Below the pieces are notes generated by a model, which was given only the letters and a program-made list of their open reading frames with translations, made no database searches and had not been told where the DNA came from. This document shows positions 55,127 to 63,911 of a DNA stretch of 64,000 nucleotides, piece by piece. The stretch is from Thermoprotei archaeon (GTDB lineage Archaea; Thermoproteota; Thermoprotei; Thermoproteales; B15-G16): positions 64,001 through 128,000 of the forward strand of contig QMRC01000003.1 of NCBI GenBank assembly GCA_003649205.1, given 5' to 3'. The translations under genes were made by a program, and so were the position numbers. The first letter of the stretch is position 1. Each line of letters begins with the position of its first letter.

Positions 55127-57254
55127 TATTGCTGATGAGATTAAGCAATTCATCGACTATGTTAGGAGCTGTAATGCTAGAGGTCTGATAGTCCTCAGTG
55201 GTGATACAGAACAAGTAATACACGTATTAAGCACACTACTTGGGCACCTAGCTAGACCTATACTCGCATTTACTGATAGTAGGGACCTACGTAAGGTACT
55301 TGCTGTGCATGATATTGAGGTAGCTAGATTTCATGAGCTGACTAGTTACCTAGGTAGGGAGTATAGCTCTGTCATTATGGATTTTAGGTACTTCTTCAGA
55401 CCTAATGCTGTTTCTGCTGCATCAGAGATGATTAGGTGCGGTGGATTCAGTATCTGGTTAACTAAGTCACTTAGTTTGTGGAGTCCAGGTGTCGAGGGTG
55501 GTAGAGGTACCTTCCGTAGGTATTTACTTGAGTCGCTTAAGTTGTGTAGATCAATCCTTGTAGTTGATGTTGATAGCGGTGAGGTGGTATTGCGTAATCT
55601 ACCGAGTAAGTTATCTCGAAGACAGTTCACACCCGAGATCACGAATGTTGATGAGAGGTTGAGAAAGGTACTTTCGCTATGTGCTACTGAGGATCAGTAC
55701 GAGTTCGTTTTGCATAGCTTAAGACTGCTTAGTGACTTAACACTTAAGGTTTTAGTTGGTAAAGGTGATCGTGGTAGAGGGAAGAGCGCTGCTCTCGGTC
55801 TAGCAACTGCGCTGGCTATAGCACATAACTACACTGATGAGATTTTGGTAACAGCACCTTCACCACGCAGTATCACGACATTCATGAAGTTCCTCTGTCT
55901 AGGGCTAGAGAAGCTAGGTATTGATTATAAGACAATTACTGAGAAGGGAAGTGTAGTGGGTATTAGGGGTAGGGGTTTTGAAGTTAGGTATGTTGTCCCT
56001 TGGTTAGCTACTGGTGCTAGATTAACGGTGATTGATGAGGCTGCTGCTGTTGGTGCTGCTCGTGTTAGGAGGTTGTGTGCTAAGAGTAGGAAGGTCATGA
56101 TGGTGACTACAGTCCACGGTTACGAAGGTTCTGGAAGGGTAGCTTCTGAACTGCTAATTAAGCAGCTACCTAGTCCACTAGTCTACGAGTTCAAGGTACC
56201 TATTAGGTACCTATCAAATGATCCACTTGAAGAGTGGCTTTACCAAGTATTCTTTCTCCGAGTAGACCCAATAGAGATACCGAAACCAGAGAATGTGGAG
56301 TACTCTTCTGTAGATCAAGAACAGCTAGTTAAGGATAGGGATTTACTACGGAAAGTCTATGGCTTACTCGCTCTAGCGCACTACAGGAATGAACCTGATG
56401 ACTTAATGACCATGCTTGACGCCCCTCATCACCACATTCGTATACTCAACTCCGATAGAGGAGTTGTAGCTGTTGCGCAGATAGCTGAGGAAGGACCTAT
56501 TCGTGATGTTGAGAGAGCTATTACACGTGGTCTAAGAGGAGTACTGGTCTTAGATAAGTTACTGAGGTACGGTCCTAAGGAAGCTGCTAAGACAAGAGGC
56601 TGGAGAATTGTTAGGATTGCTGTAGTACCTAATCTACAGAGAAGAGGCTACGGTTCAAAACTACTAAACTTCCTCGAGGAGGAAGCACGTAGTATAAACC
56701 TTGACTGGATCGGTGCTATATTCTCTAGAAATGACATCATTGACTTTTGGTTAAAGAACGGGTACTTACCAATCTATGTATCTCCACGATTCAATAAGGT
56801 GACAGGTGAGAAGAACATAGCTGTGATAAAGCCACTGAGTACTAGGATGCGACATTACGTTGAAGAAGCATTGAGGGAATTTAAGGTTAGATTACTTACC
56901 TGCTTAATGAGTGTCTACAGGGATTTAAGTGCTGAGGTTGTTGCTAGTGTATTGAAGAGTATTAGGGTACCTGTGTCAGTGAGAATTGAGTTAACGAGAA
57001 ATCAAGAGAAGAGACTCGAGATGTACTTAAGTAGGAGGATTCTACTTGAATCAGCTATGGATGCTATTTACTTAGCAACATTGAGGAAGTTATGTGAATC
57101 CCCTTCAGTAGATCTAAGCTTCAGCGAATTAGTTGCGTTGATTGCTTATGTACTGCAGGGTAAACCTTTGGACGATGTGGCTGCTGCTCTCAGAACCGAT
57201 ATAGAGACCGCTAAAGCTACTGTAGATAAAGCTGTTAGGAAGCTACTTAGCTAG
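55089..57254 (+). CDS. tmcA: tRNA/rRNA cytidine N4-acetyltransferase TmcA (start probably ATG 55101/55107)
   Basis: GDRGRGKS, IDEAA, TTVHGYEGSGR, PIRY..DPLE, AHYRNEPDDL..LDAP, RIVRIAV.P..QRRGYGS. Confidence 0.94.
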   Translation: MHVVAMSMRTTGSIADEIKQFIDYVRSCNARGLIVLSGDTEQVIHVLSTLLGHLARPILAFTDSRDLRKVLAVHDIEVARFHELTSYLGREYSSVIMDFRYFFRPNAVSAASEMIRCGGFSIWLTKSLSLWSPGVEGGRGTFRRYLLESLKLCRSILVVDVDSGEVVLRNLPSKLSRRQFTPEITNVDERLRKVLSLCATEDQYEFVLHSLRLLSDLTLKVLVGKGDRGRGKSAALGLATALAIAHNYTDEILVTAPSPRSITTFMKFLCLGLEKLGIDYKTITEKGSVVGIRGRGFEVRYVVPWLATGARLTVIDEAAAVGAARVRRLCAKSRKVMMVTTVHGYEGSGRVASELLIKQLPSPLVYEFKVPIRYLSNDPLEEWLYQVFFLRVDPIEIPKPENVEYSSVDQEQLVKDRDLLRKVYGLLALAHYRNEPDDLMTMLDAPHHHIRILNSDRGVVAVAQIAEEGPIRDVERAITRGLRGVLVLDKLLRYGPKEAAKTRGWRIVRIAVVPNLQRRGYGSKLLNFLEEEARSINLDWIGAIFSRNDIIDFWLKNGYLPIYVSPRFNKVTGEKNIAVIKPLSTRMRHYVEEALREFKVRLLTCLMSVYRDLSAEVVASVLKSIRVPVSVRIELTRNQEKRLEMYLSRRILLESAMDAIYLATLRKLCESPSVDLSFSELVALIAYVLQGKPLDDVAAALRTDIETAKATVDKAVRKLLS

Positions 57255-57261
57255 GAAGAAC

Positions 57262-57729
57262 ATGGCGATTTGGGTAATTGCAGTAAGGAGGAAGTATGCT
57301 GATGCAATTCTCGATGGTAGGAAGATAGCTGAAGTTAGGTGGGAAGGTACTGTAAACATAGATCTCGTCAGATCTGGTGATAAACTACTTCTAGCTACTG
57401 GATCCGGCATTGTTGGCATTGTTGAGGTCACTAAAGTCATCATCAAAGAGCTTAGGAGTATAAGTGATGATGAGGCTAAAGCAGCTGGCTTCAGAAGCAG
57501 AGTAGAGCTAGTTAAAGAGCTTAAGAAGATATACCCAATAACAAGCTACAGTGAGAAGTACTACATACTATACCTCAGACCTATCGCAGACTTGAGACAT
57601 AGACCAGTACCACTGAGCAATATCTACTGTTACAGCGGTAGTGGTATTAGAGAGTGTAGATTAGAGGATTTGAAGTCAAGGATAGTGCCCGTATGCAGAG
57701 TGAAGAGTAGCGACCTACCAATAACGTAG
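57262..57729 (+). CDS. ASCH-domain (PUA-like) protein
   Basis: YADAILDGRKIAEVR (GxKxxExR), GD, DDEAKAAGF.S..EL...L..IYP. Confidence 0.85.
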   Translation: MAIWVIAVRRKYADAILDGRKIAEVRWEGTVNIDLVRSGDKLLLATGSGIVGIVEVTKVIIKELRSISDDEAKAAGFRSRVELVKELKKIYPITSYSEKYYILYLRPIADLRHRPVPLSNIYCYSGSGIRECRLEDLKSRIVPVCRVKSSDLPIT

Positions 57730-59056
57730 CTCTATAATACAGGTCAACGTACCGCTCTGCTCTCTTAGTAGCTACATATCTAAGCACTATAGCGAGCACT
57801 GACACCACAGTTATCGCAACAATTAGGATACTAACCACCGTAAGTAACTTCTCATGAGGAAACTCAACATACACATGCGTTACAGCCGCTGTACTGTTAT
57901 TACCAACAGCATCCATAGCCCATACACGAACCACATATTTACCTGGTATCAACTTACCGCACTTAATCACTACAGACGTAGCATTGGTAAATACTAACTT
58001 AGATCGAAACTCAACATAGTAACCACCCAATGCCACGTCATCTACTGATGGAGACCACTTAACGATAACTGCGTCACCGATATACGTTGCTATTAAGTTT
58101 GCAGGGGGGGTAGGTGCTGTGTAGTCTCTAGCTACTAGGTCTACCTTCACCTTAGTCCTATTGATCGTGATTACGGTTTCAGAATCTCTACACACAAGCT
58201 TTATCACCTTACCAAATACCTTCTCACCAGGTAAAGTTAGTGAGTACCAACCACCCTGCATCGTCACAGTACTATTGACTAGTTCATTACCAACGTAAGC
58301 CCTAACCGAAAGACCAGGTAACATAGCTTGCCCCCTAGGACCCCTAACAACTACCTTACCCCACACTACAACCTTCTCCGGATACACAACTACTCTAGCA
58401 CTAGCTACGTCACTAGCTCTATTAGCAACATCAATAGCCTGCACCTCAACGAGGTAAATACCTGGAGGTACTTCACTTAAGTTAACGGAGGTCTTCTTAC
58501 TAGAGACCTCGATGGAGGATACGTACTTCTCCACATTAACTAACCTAATCGAGACAACGTACTTGGAAACAGCTACATCATCACTAGAGTGACTCCACCT
58601 AACAAACACCCACCTAATACCACTACGAACTTCAACTATTTTAGGTCTACTAGGTCTCAAAGCATCCTTAACTTTAAGAGTGCCTACACTAATCACAGCA
58701 CCAGGAGAGAACACTAACTTACGCACCTCATACTCACCAACACGTATAGAGAACTCAGTACCATTACTCAAACCCCTTACAATTAAGACGAAGGAACCAT
58801 CCATTGAGGTTAAGTTCTCAGCAATAACCTTACCACCATAAACCGCATACACCGGGATATCAGCTCTGACCGGAGGCTTACCACCTTCAACATATACAAA
58901 ACCTCTAACTACCATGACCTCAGCAGAAGCACATAAACAGTGATGACTTGGAATAAGGAAGAGAAACAGAATCAAGACAATAGGGAGAACATACCTCACC
59001 ATACTCAACCACAGTACATATCCATTGCGTAACCTAGGTGTTTTACTGAGATGCAC
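57647..59056 (-). CDS. Membrane-anchored surface protein with two fibronectin type III modules
   Basis: Signal peptide; two [carboxypeptidase-regulatory-like + D..P..P / W..S.DDV / Y.V.V.A.D..N.S FN3] units; C-terminal TM. Confidence 0.8.
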   Translation of the reverse strand: MHLSKTPRLRNGYVLWLSMVRYVLPIVLILFLFLIPSHHCLCASAEVMVVRGFVYVEGGKPPVRADIPVYAVYGGKVIAENLTSMDGSFVLIVRGLSNGTEFSIRVGEYEVRKLVFSPGAVISVGTLKVKDALRPSRPKIVEVRSGIRWVFVRWSHSSDDVAVSKYVVSIRLVNVEKYVSSIEVSSKKTSVNLSEVPPGIYLVEVQAIDVANRASDVASARVVVYPEKVVVWGKVVVRGPRGQAMLPGLSVRAYVGNELVNSTVTMQGGWYSLTLPGEKVFGKVIKLVCRDSETVITINRTKVKVDLVARDYTAPTPPANLIATYIGDAVIVKWSPSVDDVALGGYYVEFRSKLVFTNATSVVIKCGKLIPGKYVVRVWAMDAVGNNSTAAVTHVYVEFPHEKLLTVVSILIVAITVVSVLAIVLRYVATKRAERYVDLYYRATLLVGRYSSLCIRALSLTSNPLIYTL

Positions 59057-59109
59057 TAGGTTATAACATCAAAGGAAACTATAAAAATTAATCACGTAAA
59101 ATACGCAGT

Positions 59110-59173
59110 ACAGCCGACCTACCAGAGACCCCACATTGGGGTCTATGAAGGTAGGGCTGGCACCTCACGGACA
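59110..59173 (+). ncRNA. Candidate single-hairpin H/ACA guide RNA
   Basis: Hairpin cctacc-AGA-gacccc/ggggtc-tATGAa-ggtagg with K-turn-like GA motifs, then cacctcacgg and ACA. Confidence 0.45.
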
Positions 59174-59177
59174 TCCC

Positions 59178-60305
59178 CTACGAAACCGGTTCATACACTA
59201 TACCTAGCTCTCTAGCAATAGCGTACGCCTCCTCAATTTCACTACTCCTAAGTCTCCTACTGATATCAGGCCACTTCTCTGGGTACTTACTCACCAACCA
59301 TTCAGGTCTGTACTGCTCCATGACGTTAACAAGTACCTTATCCTTTATATTATCAGCAATCCACTTGAGTACAGGTCTTGTACAGCACTCAATGTGATTT
59401 GGTAGTACTAAGTGCCTTATTATCATGGGCGCTGACTCAGCAGCTATCTTGAGATTTCTCGTTACCACCTCCCAGTAGTTCTTAATACCTGATAATCTCT
59501 CTGCACACTTGTTGTTACCGTACTTGAAGTCAGGTAACCAAATGTCAATGACGTCCTTCAGCAACTTCATTGTCTCCACACTACAGTACATATTGCTATT
59601 CCAGAGCTGTGGGACATTCACATCGAGGTACTTCAGTGACTCAAGTATGGTGTGTAGATTTGGTGTTGGTTCACCACCTACGTGATTGATATTTCTAGCA
59701 CCTGTCTTCCTCAATTCCTTCTGCATGAGAGCCAATCTCCAAGCATCAACCTCTACACCATCTAGTGGGTGCTCCTGACTGATATCCCAGTTCTGACAGA
59801 ATACACATCTGAAGTTACAGCTACCGTAGAAAATCGTTCCACTAGGTACTAATGGCGCTTCCTCACCATAGTGGTGAAACCACGAATGTACGTATGTTCT
59901 GTAATCTAGACGACAGAAACCTCTCTCACCACTTAACCTATTGACACCACACCTATGTTCACAGAAGTGACAACTCAGTAGAATTCTCTTAGCGATTTCA
60001 ATCTTGACATCTAGGTAACTGAACTTAGGTCTAGGTAACTCATCAAGACTTAGCTCATCACTACAAATCATGGACCACACACGACCAAACTCCTTACTGA
60101 GATCATCATGGAGCTTCCAAAGCTCCTCGAGAGATAGCTTCGATGGATCACAACCAGCATCCAACCTCTTACATATCATGAACTTAGCAGGCTTTCTATC
60201 TCTCATAACATCGTAGTACCACCTCAACCTCTCAACAACAACAGGATTCTCCCAAACCTTAATAGCATCCGGCCTCAGTACATACCACAGACTCACAGTA
60301 GACAC
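59178..60305 (-). CDS. pflX: PflX-like radical SAM protein
   Basis: CHFCEHRCGVNR, H.GEE.PLVPSGTIF, CNFRCVFCQN, GGEPTP, PDFKYGN, IRHLVLP, MEQYRP. Confidence 0.88.
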   Translation of the reverse strand: MSTVSLWYVLRPDAIKVWENPVVVERLRWYYDVMRDRKPAKFMICKRLDAGCDPSKLSLEELWKLHDDLSKEFGRVWSMICSDELSLDELPRPKFSYLDVKIEIAKRILLSCHFCEHRCGVNRLSGERGFCRLDYRTYVHSWFHHYGEEAPLVPSGTIFYGSCNFRCVFCQNWDISQEHPLDGVEVDAWRLALMQKELRKTGARNINHVGGEPTPNLHTILESLKYLDVNVPQLWNSNMYCSVETMKLLKDVIDIWLPDFKYGNNKCAERLSGIKNYWEVVTRNLKIAAESAPMIIRHLVLPNHIECCTRPVLKWIADNIKDKVLVNVMEQYRPEWLVSKYPEKWPDISRRLRSSEIEEAYAIARELGIVYEPVS

Positions 60306-60362
60306 CTAGTAGGGGCTACACAGATCAACACATAAAAACTCTCTTCAAATCCAAGGTAATAG

Positions 60363-60413
60363 ATGATGAACAGGCTAAGTGGGGATATTCGTGACCGAAT
60401 AGCAGTCCGCTGA
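60363..60413 (+). ncRNA. Probable C/D-box sRNA (degenerate internal boxes)
   Basis: ATGATGA ... CTGA spanning 51 nt, intergenic; internal GGGA/GTGACCGA as possible D'/C'. Confidence 0.5.
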
Positions 60414-60579
60414 TGTAGTTAAAGCCGAGAGTAATGAGTATAAATAGGGAGCTTAATTATCTATATTCGATATCTAGTGCATTGACTAGACCACCCAAGT
60501 CTAACTACTACAATAAATACTTAAATACCTCGTTAGATACTTAATTACGTTGAGTAACATTGAGTAGGAGGTGTAGAGG

Positions 60580-61848
60580 TTGAGAGGTATCTCACGTACG
60601 GTACTCATAGCAATTGTAGTCATAGTAGTAATTGTAGCGGCCATAGTGGGGTACCTAGCTTTAACCTACTATGTAGCACCACCTAAAGCACCGAAGAAGT
60701 TAGTTATTGCAGCTAGATCAGGTACGTACGCTGAGGGTTTGAAGATAGCTGCGAGAGAGTTCTCTAAGAAGTATGGTATTGAGGTTGTTGTACAGGACTT
60801 CGGCTATGCAGCATTACACGATAAGTTAGTGACGGAGATGATGGAGAAGACAGGTGCTTTTGATGTAGTGATGCTAGATGATCCATGGTTAGCAGAGTTT
60901 GCTGACAAGGGCTTCTTAGTTGATATTGGTGAGATGCTGAAGAAGAAGGGTATTAAGGTTGAGGAGCTAGGCTTCATACCGACCTGCCTAGAGGTATGTA
61001 AGTACAAGGGAAGACTCTACGCACTACCGTACGTAGGTAATGTACAGTTATTTGCGTACAGGAAGGATCTATTTGAGAAGTATGGTCTACCAGAACCTAA
61101 GACATGGGAAGATGTGTTAAGAGCAGCTAAGATAATAATGGAGAAGGAAGGAATCTATGGTTATGTGATTAGAGGTAAGAAGGGTAATCCTGTTGTCACT
61201 AACTTCCTACCAATATTCTGGGCTTATGGTGCTAAGATACTAGATGAGAGAGGTAAGCCAGCAGTGTACTCACCTGAGGCAGTGAAAGCACTGAAGGTAT
61301 TCATTGAGTTGAAGAAGTATTGTCCACCAGGTACGGAGAACTTCGGCTCTGCAGAGGTTAGAGCATACTTGCTGGGTGGTAAGGTTGCCATAGTAGGTGA
61401 AGTGTGGCCAGCATGGGTACCTGACCTAGAGAATCCAGAGAAGTCTAAGGTAGTTGGTAAGGTCAAGATAATACCACCACCAGGAGCAAGACCTATGATA
61501 GGTGCTTGGCTACTAGGTATCCCAGTAACGTCGAAGAACAAGGACCTCGCACTCGAGTTCATACTCTTCACACTGAGTAAGGAAATGCAGAAGAAGATAG
61601 CACTAGAAGCAGGTGTACCACCAACCATAGCTGATCTCTACAAAGATCCTGACCTAGTCAAGAAGTACCCATGGTACCCAGTACAGCTCGAAGCACTGAT
61701 GACAGCAAAGATGAGACCTAGAGTACCTGTCTGGAAGAAGATAGAGGACATACTCGCAACCTACATACATGCCGCATTAATAGGTGAGTTATCACCAGAA
61801 GAGGCATTAAAGAAAGCTCAGGAAGAACTCACAAAGTTACTTGGATAG
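60580..61848 (+). CDS. Carbohydrate ABC transporter substrate-binding protein
   Basis: Class III-like signal (RG/IS...), D++M.D..W, Y.G.LYALP, YRKDLFEK.GL..PKTWED. Confidence 0.93.
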   Translation: MRGISRTVLIAIVVIVVIVAAIVGYLALTYYVAPPKAPKKLVIAARSGTYAEGLKIAAREFSKKYGIEVVVQDFGYAALHDKLVTEMMEKTGAFDVVMLDDPWLAEFADKGFLVDIGEMLKKKGIKVEELGFIPTCLEVCKYKGRLYALPYVGNVQLFAYRKDLFEKYGLPEPKTWEDVLRAAKIIMEKEGIYGYVIRGKKGNPVVTNFLPIFWAYGAKILDERGKPAVYSPEAVKALKVFIELKKYCPPGTENFGSAEVRAYLLGGKVAIVGEVWPAWVPDLENPEKSKVVGKVKIIPPPGARPMIGAWLLGIPVTSKNKDLALEFILFTLSKEMQKKIALEAGVPPTIADLYKDPDLVKKYPWYPVQLEALMTAKMRPRVPVWKKIEDILATYIHAALIGELSPEEALKKAQEELTKLLG

Positions 61849-61861
61849 GTGACTCAATACC

Positions 61862-62725
61862 ATGAAGTTAAAACAGCATCACATTGGACTTCTGCTAGCA
61901 CTACCAGCGATAATAGTAATGGCACTTCTAACCCTCTACCCAATAATCTATGTTTTTTACCTATCTCTACACAAGGTATCATTCTACCCCAAGCTCACCT
62001 TTGAGTTCGTTAATATAGCTAATTACCTATCAGCTCTCAGCAATAGGCTCTTCAGGATATCCTTCCTAAACACCTTACTCTTCGTTTTTGGAGCAACAGT
62101 AAGTGAAGTAGCTCTAGGTCTTGTGTTTGCACTTATATTTGCTTGGGAGTTCTACGGTAGGAAGTACATAGCTCCACTCGTTATACTACCGATGATGTTA
62201 CCTACGATAGTTGTGTGTAGCTTCTGGAGGATAATGCTGCATACAGAATTCGGTGTATTGAATGCAATCTTAACAGCATGTAATCTACCTAAGATCAACT
62301 GGTTAGGTGATCCAAGAGTAGCTATGTGGTCTATAGTGCTGGTGGATGTATGGCAGTACACACCATTTGTCTTTCTTATCCTCTACACAAGTATCCTCTC
62401 AATACCACGTGAAATATATGAGGCAGCTATGATAGATGGGGCAAATAGACTTCAGTTAACTAGATACCACATACTACCACTACTCAAGCCCCAGATAGTT
62501 GTTGTTGCGCTTTTGAGGATAATCGACACCTTTAGAGTCTTCGATAAGGTCTACGCACTTACAGCTGGTGGACCAGGTAATGCTACCGAGGTACTGACCT
62601 TCGTCATCTACAAGACTGCATTTAGGTACTACGACTTTGGTCTTGGTAGTGCTGAAGCTGTTATAATGCTAGCTACTGTCTTGACTATAGTCATGCTCTA
62701 CCTATACATAACGAGGAGGAGGTGA
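61862..62725 (+). CDS. Carbohydrate ABC permease (MalF-like)
   Basis: EAA.IDGA loop, DVWQYTPF, GGPG.ATE. Confidence 0.94.
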   Translation: MKLKQHHIGLLLALPAIIVMALLTLYPIIYVFYLSLHKVSFYPKLTFEFVNIANYLSALSNRLFRISFLNTLLFVFGATVSEVALGLVFALIFAWEFYGRKYIAPLVILPMMLPTIVVCSFWRIMLHTEFGVLNAILTACNLPKINWLGDPRVAMWSIVLVDVWQYTPFVFLILYTSILSIPREIYEAAMIDGANRLQLTRYHILPLLKPQIVVVALLRIIDTFRVFDKVYALTAGGPGNATEVLTFVIYKTAFRYYDFGLGSAEAVIMLATVLTIVMLYLYITRRR

Positions 62726-63585
62726 CGTCTTTGGTTCGTAGGTCTAGATTAATTCATCTACTAATTGGTAAGGTAATACATGGAGTTCTCATAGCTGTAG
62801 TCTTAGTATGGACCTTCTTCCCACTGTACTGGGTTATCGTAACTTCGTTTAGACCTGAATGGGAAGTGTTAATGTATCCATCACTACCCTATCCTCTTCA
62901 CCCGACACTCATGAACTACGTTAAGTTGATGGTTGAGGACAAGTTCTACATCTACATCCTCAATTCACTAGTGGTCTCACTAGGAGCTACCATCATATCG
63001 CTCCTCATTGGTTCTCTAGCAGCTTATGCTCTAGTTAGGATAGGTGTACCGCGTTTCGTAGATTCTCTATTCCTTACCTGGGTCTTAGTCGTTAGGATGT
63101 TACCACCGATAGTACTCGCAATACCTCTCTTCATGGTACTGAGGACACTGGGTTTGATAGATACGAGATTTGGACTCATGATTGCGTACCAAGTCTACAC
63201 ACTACCGTATGTAGTGTGGATTCTACTTGGATTCTTCCGTGAAATACCTAGAGAAATTGAGGAGGCTGCACTCATAGATGGTGCATCGAGGGTTAGAGTA
63301 TGGACATCGATAATACTACCACTAGCATTACCAGGTCTCATAGCTACAATGATACTATCTGTCATACTGACATGGAATGAGTTCCTGTATGCACTTGTGT
63401 TCATTAATTCACCAGAGAAGTACACAGTTACGGTGAGGGTAGCTACGTACATCTATGAATTTAAGATTGAGTGGGGTAGGTTAGCAGCTTCAGGACTGAC
63501 ATCAGCGCTACCTGTGCTCTTGCTATCACTATACGTGCAGAAGTACATGATACGCGGACTAGCATTTGGTCGTGTACTCAGGTAA
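62722..63585 (+). CDS. Carbohydrate ABC permease (MalG-like)
   Basis: IP.EIEEAALIDGA, WNEFL, QKY.IRGL. Confidence 0.94.
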   Translation: MTSLVRRSRLIHLLIGKVIHGVLIAVVLVWTFFPLYWVIVTSFRPEWEVLMYPSLPYPLHPTLMNYVKLMVEDKFYIYILNSLVVSLGATIISLLIGSLAAYALVRIGVPRFVDSLFLTWVLVVRMLPPIVLAIPLFMVLRTLGLIDTRFGLMIAYQVYTLPYVVWILLGFFREIPREIEEAALIDGASRVRVWTSIILPLALPGLIATMILSVILTWNEFLYALVFINSPEKYTVTVRVATYIYEFKIEWGRLAASGLTSALPVLLLSLYVQKYMIRGLAFGRVLR

Positions 63586-63635
63586 TTTAAGACTCGCTGA
63601 ATTAATTAATCCTCAGAACCAGTACTAGTACGGGT

Positions 63636-63848
63636 GTGAGTATGAAAGCTAGAGCAGGAGTGAGAGCAGCATTAGCGAGTGGGGCTAACCCAATGGCGAA
63701 AGGAGCAGTTAAGGCAGTTAAAGCACAGAAAATCACGAGTACAAAGACTAGGGTAGAGAGTACGAAAGCAGAATCAACAGGTACAACTAATATAGCTCAA
63801 ATAGTTAAGAAGTTCGGAGGAGTAGTCAAGACTAAACCAGATCAGTAA
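63636..63848 (+). CDS. Small basic low-complexity hypothetical protein
   Basis: 70-aa Ala/Lys/Thr-rich ORF with ATTAATTAAT about 30 nt upstream; the antisense frame is also largely open. Confidence 0.4.
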   Translation: MSMKARAGVRAALASGANPMAKGAVKAVKAQKITSTKTRVESTKAESTGTTNIAQIVKKFGGVVKTKPDQ

Positions 63849-63859
63849 ACCAGGGCTCC

Positions 63860-63911
63860 GTGATGAGAAGGAGGTGAGGAATGAGTAGGTGATTGAAGGG
63901 GGAGCGACTGA
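63860..63911 (+). ncRNA. C/D-box sRNA with an SD-like guide
   Basis: GTGATGA-gaaggaggtgagga-ATGA-gtag-GTGATTGA-agggggagcga-CTGA. Confidence 0.7.

Noticed and set aside
594-63452. Numerous 60-130 aa ORFs antisense to or nested in longer genes
   Set aside because: They fully overlap well-supported CDSs and have Ser/Thr/Leu-rich shadow composition with no motifs.
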